64,000 nucleotides of DNA from Salpingoeca rosetta (lineage: Eukaryota; Protista; Choanoflagellata), in contig JAWQFM010000027.1 in assembly GCA_033442325.1 (NCBI GenBank), forward strand, positions 999,251 through 1,063,250, written 5' to 3'. Positions 41,409 to 50,539 of this stretch are shown in pieces; position 1 is the stretch's first letter, and each line of letters starts with the position of its first letter. The notes beneath the pieces were generated by a model. That model searched no databases. It was not told the DNA's origin and was given only the letters and a program-made list of their open reading frames with translations. A program made the translations under genes and the position numbers.

Positions 41409-44400
41409 ACACGCACACACACACACACACATACACACACCAAAAGCACACACGCACACATTGTACTTGCCTGAGCGTTTGGTGGAAGGTGCCCTCTTGG
41501 ATCGCGGAGATGAGGTCGATGCCATTCCCGCTGCCACGAACAAAGTCCAATAAATCACCCACGCTCCACATCGCCTTGTTCTTCACTGCTTTCTTTAAGG
41601 CCCCTGCCACTTCATTCACCACCTGTGGCACCAACACCTCTCGCCCTCTCAGCCAATGCCAATGGTCAACAAGCTGTGATCGGAGCACATCAAAACCGGC
41701 CTCGCCGCCCTGATGGCAGTTGAGAGTGATGAAGCTGTCTTGGATATCGACGATGTCGCCAAATAAGAGCGAAGAACCGGGTTTGGTTGATTGTCTCCTC
41801 AGGTCCGCGACCATCGCTGTACCCCAGGGCGGATGACCATGTTCATCAACAAGCGCCTTATCGCGAGCAAGATCCCTCTTGGTGCCCGCGATCACGACGC
41901 GCGGCTTCACCTCTTCCATGGCACCGCCGTCTGCCGTTGCTGTGGCTGCTGCAATGCCCTGCTGCAGTCGCGTGCAGATGAACTGCAGCCAGTAGTTGGC
42001 GCGCTCCTTCACATGTTCTTTAGGCTCAGAGAGGTCGACGCAGACGACAAAGGCAGCGAAGCGATCCGACATCATCAGCGTGTGGATGACGTGATATGCG
42101 AGCTGCCCACCAAAATCGTACACGCGAAGAGAAGCAGCGTTGTCACCGTCGCTGCCTTGGCTTGTGGTGTCTTTCAGCTTCATTTCACACACCCGAATGC
42201 CGGGTGTGCGCTCGTTTGAGCGGTCTGGGTCATTTGCTGGTTGGAAGATGGTCCGTGTGAAGCGGCGAAACAGACTGCCGGGAAGCGACTCAATCATGGT
42301 CGTCTTGCCGATGCCGTAGTCGCCGCAGACGAACACCTTCGCTGTCTCAAGAGGGACGGAGCCTGTTTCTAGCAGCCTGAGAAGATCGAGCCGGTCTTGA
42401 TAGGCGGCCTTGGCGGAAGAGTCAAACTTGTCCTCTGAATCAAAAGGCCTGAGGAGAAGAAGAAAGCAGAGTGGACGGTGAATGAGGTTCGGTGTGAAGG
42501 GTGGTTTGAACAAGAGTAAGTCTGTCACTGTACTGCTGTACGAACTCACGCGAAGACAACGTTGATGTCTGGCTGCTTGGTGCGGAGCGTGGCCAGTGCA
42601 CGGGCAACTGCAGTGGAGGATTTGAGCTTGTCCTCAAACAGCCTGTGATGCCGTGAAGAGGGAATGTGAGATGAAAGAAATTGAACTGAAATTGATTCGG
42701 TGCATGTGGGTGGAGCAAGGTCGCAAGCACACGAAACTCACCGAATCTTAGCCTTGGCGTCGATGTGTTGCAGCTGCTTCAGCACATTGACCATGCCACG
42801 CTCCGTGATACGATTGCGGCCAATGCTGTTGGATGAGATGGAGAAACAGGTGAGTTGGCGACAGGAACGAAGCGGGTCACTGTTGCAATCAGGAACACGC
42901 CCTACTTGCTTGCACCAGGTACGAGCGGCGGCAGTGACAGCGCAACAGCGACGCAGCCCATTTCCATCCATACATGTACATGTGTGCGTGTACACACTCA
43001 CCCGAGCCATGTGAGGGTCGTGTTGTGCTTCAGCATCTCCGCCAACGCCACAGCGCCCTCATCGCCGATGGAGTTGGCCCCCAGGCTGTCAAGATAATGT
43101 GATGCCACACAAAGCGATGGTGCCACATGGGTGAGGAAGAGTGAGTAAGTGCGTGATGATGATTGCTGTGGGTGGCAACACAGTCGTTGAACCACACATG
43201 GGCACATGTGCACATGATAAGGTGCAACAGCAGTGACGCAGCATACATGTGCATGTATGCATGTCCACACTCACTTGAGTCCTGTGAGGGTCGTGTTGTG
43301 CTTCAGCATCTCCGCCAACGCCACAGCGCCCTTATCGCCGACGCGGTTGCGTTCCAGGCTGTCCAGATGGTATAATGCCACGAAGGGCGATGATGCCACA
43401 TGGGTGAGGAAGAGTGCGTGAGTGATGATGATGATTGCTGTGGGTGGCAACACAGTCATTGAACTCATCCTACCCCACCACACGTGTGCACATGAAAAGG
43501 TGCAACAGGCAGTGACGCAGCATACATGTGCATGTGTGCGTGTACACACTCACAAGAGTCGTTCGAGGGTCGTGTTGTGCTTCAGCATCTCCGCCAACGC
43601 CACGGCGCCCTGGTTGCCGATGGAATTGCCCTCCAGGCTGTCAAGACGGTATGGCGAATGCCACACAGGGCGATGATGCCACATGGGTGAGGAAGAGGGA
43701 GTGAGTGCGTGATGATGATTGCTGTGGGTGTCAACACAGTCATCAACCACACATGTGCACATGATAAGGTGCAACGGCAGTGACGCAGCCCCTTTCCATC
43801 CACATATGTGTGCGTGTACACACTCACTAGAGTTCTTTGAGGGCCGTGTTGTGCTTCAGCATCTCCGCCAACGCCACAGCGCCCTCATCGCCGATGGAGT
43901 TGGCCCCCAGGCTGTCAAGATAATGTGATGCCACACAAAGCGATGGTGCCACATGGGTGAGGAAGAGTGAGTAAGTGCGTGATGATGATTGCTGTGGGTG
44001 GCAACACAGTCGTTGAACCACACATGGGCACATGTGCACATGATAAGGTGCAACGGCAGTGACGCAGCATACATGTGTGTGTGCGTGTACACACTCACTT
44101 GAGTCCTGTCATGGTCGTGTTGTGCTTCAGCATCTCCGCCAACACCACGGCGCCCTGGTCGCCTATGGAATTGTTGTCCAGGCTGTCAAGATGGTATGAT
44201 GCCACACAGGGGGATGATGCCACATGGGTGAGGAAGAGCGTGATGATGATTGCTGTGGGTGGCAACACAGTCATCAATCCACACATGTGCACGTGATAAG
44301 GTGCAACGACAGTGACGCAGCATACATGTGTGCATGTGTGCGTGTACACACTCACTAGAGTGTTTCGAGGGCCGTGTTGTGCTTCAACATCTCCGCCAAC

Positions 44401-45652
44401 GCCACGGCGCCCTCATCGCCGATGGAGTTGTTGTACAGGCTGTCAAGACGGTATGGTGGATGCCACACAGGGCGATGATGCCACATGGATGAGGAAGAGT
44501 GAGTGAGTGAGTGCGTGATGATGCTCGCTGTGGGTGGCAACACAGTCATCAACCACACATGTGCACGTGAGAAGGTGCAGGGGCAGTGACGCAGCATACA
44601 TGTGTGCGCATGTGTGCGTGTACACACTCACCTGAGTTCTTCGAGGGTCGTGTTGTGCTTCAGCATCTCCGCCAACGCCGCAGCGCCCTCATCGCCGATG
44701 GAATTCCATCGCAGGCTGTCCAGATGGTATAATGCCACGAAGGGCGATGATGCCACATGGATGAGGAAGAGTGAGTGCGTGCGTGCGTGATGATGATTGT
44801 TGTGGGTGGCAACACAGTCACCAATCCACACATGGGCACGTGTGCACGTGATAAGGTGCAACAGGCAGTGACGCAGCACACATGTGTGTGTGTGTGTGTG
44901 TGCGTGTACACTCACCTGAGTCGTTCGAGGGTCGTGTTGTGCTTCAACATCTCCGCCAACGCCACAGCGCCCTCAGGACCGATGGAGTTGCCCCACAGGC
45001 TGTGCAGACACACAAGAACCGCAGGGAGCGACGGTGAACACACGTCCAAACATGCGCAAGCAGGGGAGGAGAAAGGGGTGCAACATGCAACACCGCCATC
45101 CCAATCAACCATGCATATCACACGATGCAGATTCATCATCACCACGCACTAGAGTCGTTTGAGGCAGGTGTTGTCCTTGAGCGCCTCGGCCACCGCACGC
45201 GCCTCAATGGCGCCGAGGCCATAACCACCCAAGCTGTAATTCCAAATGGTGTGTGTCATGAAATGAGCAAGAAGACTGAGGATCGAGACAGAGCAAAACC
45301 ATGAGGGTGCCAGTCCCAACCTGCCACAAACACACACAGTGTGTCCAGGCGGTGCGAGGGGACAGGACACACACGTGAACACCCAACAGCAAGCCACACC
45401 ACGCTCATTGCAACACAAGGACAAGCCAAGCAGAGAGAGAGGGGAGAATAAGCACAACCACAACAAGTGTCCTTGTGTCCAACACATACATGTTCCAACA
45501 TGTCGTTTTGGTTGCTTTTGCACTCACTTCTCATAATCCCCACACGTGTTGTTGGCGATGGCCCTGATCTTGTGCTTCACCCCATCCATCAGCTTCGTCT
45601 GCGCCAGCAACGCCTCCACCTCCTCCCTCGCTCTCTTCTCTCCGCCGGACAT
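39354..45652 (-). CDS. ROCO protein: RI-like LRR array - Roc GTPase - COR - PARP-like ADP-ribosyltransferase; 15 exons, 1250 aa. Exons 45652-45528, 45233-45150, 44999-44916, 44715-44632, 44439-44356, 44182-44099, 43911-43828, 43637-43554, 43358-43275, 43085-43002, 42825-42742, 42642-42550, 42448-41471, 41219-40622, 40472-39354
   Basis: All junctions are phase-compatible and the spliced length is 3753 nt, or 1251 codons. Roc motifs: GDYGIGKTT (G1), RTPGI (G2), YDFGGQ (G3), GTKRD (G4). COR segments: YLHTRGDLLWY, VFVDPNWL, FMLPS, LPPGFFPHVQ. ART motifs: GFHGC, GFFGSGIYLT, YAAGYS, FEEYVV...QVLP. Confidence 0.93.
43002..44999 (-). repeat. Tandem array of eight exon+intron cassettes (84-nt LRR exon plus 173-200-nt homologous intron, period 257-284 bp)
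   Basis: The exon core cgtgttgtgcttca(g/a)catctccgccaac and intron motifs (gccacatgg.tgaggaagag; gatg..tgctgtgggtggcaacacagtc; aaggtgca...cagtgacgcagc; cactcac) recur in every unit. Confidence 0.97.
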
Positions 45653-46597
45653 GGCGACGGCGCGTCGTCTTTTCTCCTTGTGGCTTGTTGTGACGTGCTC
45701 GTGAGTGGCTGGAAGAAGAGACGACGACAAAATGGACGACGACTCAACGCGCTGCTTTTTGTTTCCTTTGTTTTGTGTGTGTTGTTGTTGTTTTGCGACT
45801 CAGCCATTGGACGATTCGCAAAACCTTACAGAGGTTATCCGCACAGCAGCGCTTCCGTGGAAGATGTTCGTCAACAATCTCTTCGAGCCCTCGTTGTCGA
45901 CAGGAACACAACAAACAAACAGGATGAAGTGCGTCCAGCCAGCAACCCGACTCTCTTGTCGCCGAAAGGAACAACAGCCGCGCCCTCCTCGCTTGGCCTT
46001 GCCTGGTTGGTACAACACACCAATGTCTGTAGCCACATCAACACCACAAACATCACCGCCGCTCCACCACCACCACCGTCAAGCGGGTCTCATCATCTTC
46101 ATCGAGCCATTTACTGAGGAAAGAACAGGTCCGCCACACAACCCACAAACAACGCCCCCAGCCCAACACACATCAACACACACACATCCACACATCCACA
46201 CACACAGCAGTGCCCAAATGCAACAGGAAGCCAAGCCAACCAAACAACAGCCAACCCCTCTGCACATCAAACAACACCCTCCAGTCACAAGCCAGAATCA
46301 AACACACACAGCAGCAGCAGCAGCACACATCCACCAACCACACCAAGAACGTGTTCAGCCGTACACAGCGCCAAACAATGAAAACAACAGGCAAGCACAA
46401 GAAGGGCGTGACATAAGCAAGCAAGCAAGCAGGCGAGAGGGAGAGTGAAGGAAGGGAAGAACAGAAGAGAAGAGAAGAGAAGAAGAGGGAAGAGAACAAG
46501 AAAGGGAAACAAGAGGAATGCGACAAAGGAAGCGACAGCCATTCAGCCATTCCTCCAACTGGTGCACAAGTTGACACGACACATCACAACATGGCGA

Positions 46598-49500
46598 CTA
46601 CGCGGACGAGCTAAGTGCCTCAACAGCGCGCTGCACGCGGGCGTGCGCCTCGGGATCCTGCATCAACTGCCCCAACACACCGTGGGCAGGCGAATCCTGC
46701 ATGTTCTACGAGAGGAAACGACACGAGGGCGTGAGAATGAGGAGAGGAAAGAGGAGGAGTGTGAGAATGAGGAGGAAGAGGAGGATGGGAAAGTGCACGA
46801 AGTACGCGACAGTCGCGCATATTCGAGGCAGCAAACACACACCCACACACACACACACATCACATAAATCACACACAACACAACCCACGCACCATGAGGC
46901 TGTGTACATGCCCTGGCAGTGGGGCTCGTCGACGGCGGCCGCGGGGGTGCCAATCACCTGCACAAACAAACGCCCGCACAATCTTCACCGGGCTCTCAGG
47001 CGCGGTCACGCGTGGATGTTGCCGACTGAAGCAACAACAAAAGGAAGGAGAGGTACAGGAAGCAATGGGGGAGGGGACGTGGGTCAGTCGGGAACAAGAA
47101 CGACAGGCGGCAGAGCACACCACCGACACATGCACACACACACACACACACACACATACACACATACACAGACACACACAAAACACGGTCGTAGCACTCA
47201 CGCTTGGAGGAGCTCGACGAGGTGTGTGAAGATGTACTTTGCCTCATCGTCGTCTTCTGTAATGGGCAGCCAGTCAAGCAGATGTGTCAGCACCTCGTCT
47301 GTGCAAGGGTTGGTGGTGGATGGGTGGGTAAAGAATAAGCGACGACAACGTGATAACAAGAGCAAACAACCAACGCAAAAGGACGGCGAAGGAGTGTACC
47401 AACGCACGCACACACACACACACACAACCACACACACCTCTGAGAGGCCGTGTGCTGGGTTGCGTGCAATCTTGACAAAGACGGAGATGCAGTTCTTGGT
47501 CGCGCTGGTGTTGGGCGATTCGCGGGAGCCGGGTACCCTGGATCACAGCGAGCAGCGACTCAACAGCCTGAACGCGGCAGGACGACAAGGGGTGGCAGTG
47601 AGGCTTGGCAAGCCGAAAGTGGAGAAAGGAGGGAAACGACGAAGCGACATGTTCGGACATGTTCACTCACTCACACACACATACACACACACACTCTCTC
47701 TCTTGACCTTGAGCGCACCTTGTGTGGATGTACGAGGGTTGTGGATCCTCCTCCTCAATCTGGGCGGTACTGGCTCGCATAATGCGCATGAGCTCGTGTG
47801 CATCCGGCGCAAACATGTCCTTGCAGACAGACACGCCCATCAGGCCGCGCAGCATGCGGTATTGCCTGTCGTTTGCGTGTTGGAAAATGTTCTTCATAAA
47901 CGGCACAGAATCGTTGTCGTAGTCCAAGAACCGCTCCTGCGCCACGTTGGCCAGCACATGCATGCGAACCAGAAACACGATGGCCACCTCCTTGCTGCCG
48001 CTGCAACCAGTGAGGAGTGCAAGCACACCATCACCTCGTCAACTGCCGCTGTTGTTGTCATGGCGTGCAGCACCACCACATCAACCGCCACAATCACGGC
48101 CAATCCCTCTTCCAACAACAGTGTGGTGGTCCACGAGCCAACAGCATCCAACGCAGTGAGCTGCTTGAAACCGGCAGTGTGCAGTGACGGCTGTGGCCGC
48201 GGGGTGTGATGCCTCGCTGGCACAAGATGAGGTGGCGGAACACAGCAGCAGTTGTGGTTGAAGCTGAGGTGATTGAGATGGGCAGGGAGAAGCACAGCTA
48301 GCAGCAGCGGGAAACTGGCTGGCAAAGGGCCTTGAGTGCACCGCCACAACGCCGCGCAGGACAGCAAGCAGTGCAGCTGTTGCTGTGTCAATGTGGTGTG
48401 GTTGACGATGGCGTGAACACGCATGCATGCACACACAGAANNNNNNNNNNNNNNNNNNNNNNNNNNNNNNNNNNNNNNNNNNNNNNNNNNNNNNNNNNNN
48501 NNNNNNNNNNNNNNNNNNNNNNNNNNNNNNNNNNNNNNNNNNNNNNNNNNNNNNNNNNNNNNNNNNNNNNNNNNNNNNNNNNNNNNNNNNNNNNNNTGCT
48601 GCAGCAGCAGAGCCTGCGCTGGGCCCGAATCGGTGTGAGCACGCGTGCAACGGGAGGGTGGGGAGCAAGATGCAGCGCCCCACTGGGCGGGGGGTGATGC
48701 GACCTGTGTGAAGACACAAAAGGAGAGAAGGGAGAACTGACGATTAGAAGCTGTCGTGCACGACGTGCCAGTGCAGCCCTGCATCAGCACATTGGGGGCG
48801 TTGAATGGTGTTGTATTGACGAGGCGTGGTCGGTGTGCGTGGTTGCTTCGACATGCGGGAGGGGCAACGAGTGCAAATGAATTCAATCACACACATACAC
48901 ACACACATACACACACACACACGTTTTGTGTGGCGCTGGGAGCGATGTCTGCTGGTGCGTGTCAACCAGCAGTGCCAGTGGTGTCAGCCATGGCGGCATG
49001 GAAGCGGAAGTGTGGTGGTGGGATCCTTCACCTCAGTGCACATTCCAGCCACCACGCTGGAGACCACGGGCTGGCTCACTGTCTCCATGCCCGTGCATGG
49101 CACCGACCACCGTCTGACAGCGGTGATGACAATGTCAGCGGCCTGCTCTGAAGCAAGCACACATCGTGACAGGGGTAAAGGAGAGAGAGTGTGTGTGTGG
49201 GGGGGGGTGTGATTGACGAGGGGAGGTGGTTGACAAGAACAAGGACGTGCTGAGGGGAGAACTTGGGGAGGAGGAGTGCAAACTGTGGTGTGCATGTCGC
49301 GTCACGCAGCGCATTGAGGTGCAGTGCAGTGGAGTGGAAATCCCAGGCAACACCCCCCACGTCATCAGCCATGCACATACCAATACAGAGCGAGAGAGAA
49401 GGAAGTGCCTCTTGTTGTCGTGGCACACGGTGATGGCACGCGCTCAAGGACACGGTGCTGTCATTCAAGCCACCATCATCATCCTCATCGTCAGCCTGCA
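46598..49500 (-). pseudogene. Importin-5 (IPO5/Kap121)-like degenerate gene relic
   Basis: Fragments: ADDEDDDG..DS; ANVAQERFLDY...VPFMKNIFQHANDRQYRMLRG[deletion]LMGVSVCKDMFAPDAHELMRIM...EEEDPQPSYI; SATKNCISVFVKIAR; DEVLTHLLDWLPITEDDDEAKYIFTHLVELL. Frameshifts at about 47535 and 46965. Large internal parts are missing. TAG at 46598-46600. Confidence 0.7.
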
Positions 49501-50353
49501 AAACAGGTGGTGGTGGTGGAGATGAAGACGCGCAGCGTTGCAGCCAAAAGCAAAGGGGGAGGTGAGAGGCATGTGACTTGAGATGTGTGAGTGAAGGGGG
49601 GGGTGAGTGGAGAAGAGAGGGTGTGCAGAGAGCAGGTCAAGCAAGGGGTGTGCAAAGGAAAGAAAGGGAGAGTGGACTGCGAGGCAGGGAGGAACAGTGT
49701 AAAGGAAGCAGAGCTGTGAGTACAACACACACGCACGCACCACGTGGTGGCCGTGTCGCTCGTCCAAGTGGAGTGAATGAATACACGTCCCTTTGTTTGG
49801 CTTGCTTGCTCGCTTGTTTGGCTTGCTCGTCTGCTTGATTGATTGATTGATGGATTGCATGTGTCATTGTCGTCATCAGCAATATCCCCCCTGCGGCTCC
49901 CTGCTGCTGCTGCTGCTGTTGTTGCTATTGTGGCTGAGTGTGACCAAACCACCACCGCCAACCACCACGACGCACCTTCCCATCCATCCTTTCCTTTCGT
50001 CGCAGCGAATGTGTGTGTGTGTGTGTTCGTGCATTGCGCGCAACCAGCGTGTCTGTGCAGAAGAAGACGGGAAAAGCTGAAATCAGTCGATGACACGACG
50101 ACTGTGGAGATGTAGCAGCCCAAACTCGCTTGCTTGCACTCGCTTCTTCTTCTTCTTCTTGTTCTCTTTGGTGCAGTGCACACAGCGAGGCAAGGCAAGG
50201 CAAGGAAGGAAGGAGGGGGTGATGTGGCAGTCACCGCAACAGCAGCATGGGGAGAAGAGAGATGTGGGAGAGGGGAAGAGGAGATTGTTGGCGATCGCTA
50301 CCCAGTCACCAACAGCCAACCAGACCAATGTGGAAGAATGGTCTTTGACGCAC

Positions 50354-50458
<105 letters not shown>

Positions 50459-50539
50459 CACACACACACACACATGCACACACACATGCACACAAAGTAG
50501 GCGTCACGTCAACGATCCCCAGGTGAGCCAACACACATC

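Noticed and set aside
43086-44915. CACAGTC in each cassette intron as a RAG/Transib RSS heptamer (CACAGTG)
   Set aside because: One mismatch, no nonamer at 12/23 spacing, a single orientation, and no recombinase or transposase in the window. Recurrence is explained by intron duplication.
43002-44999. CRISPR-like array (conserved repeats with variable segments)
   Set aside because: Units are about 270 bp exon+intron modules with GT-AG sites encoding LRRs. There are no unique spacers, no cas genes, and the context is eukaryotic.
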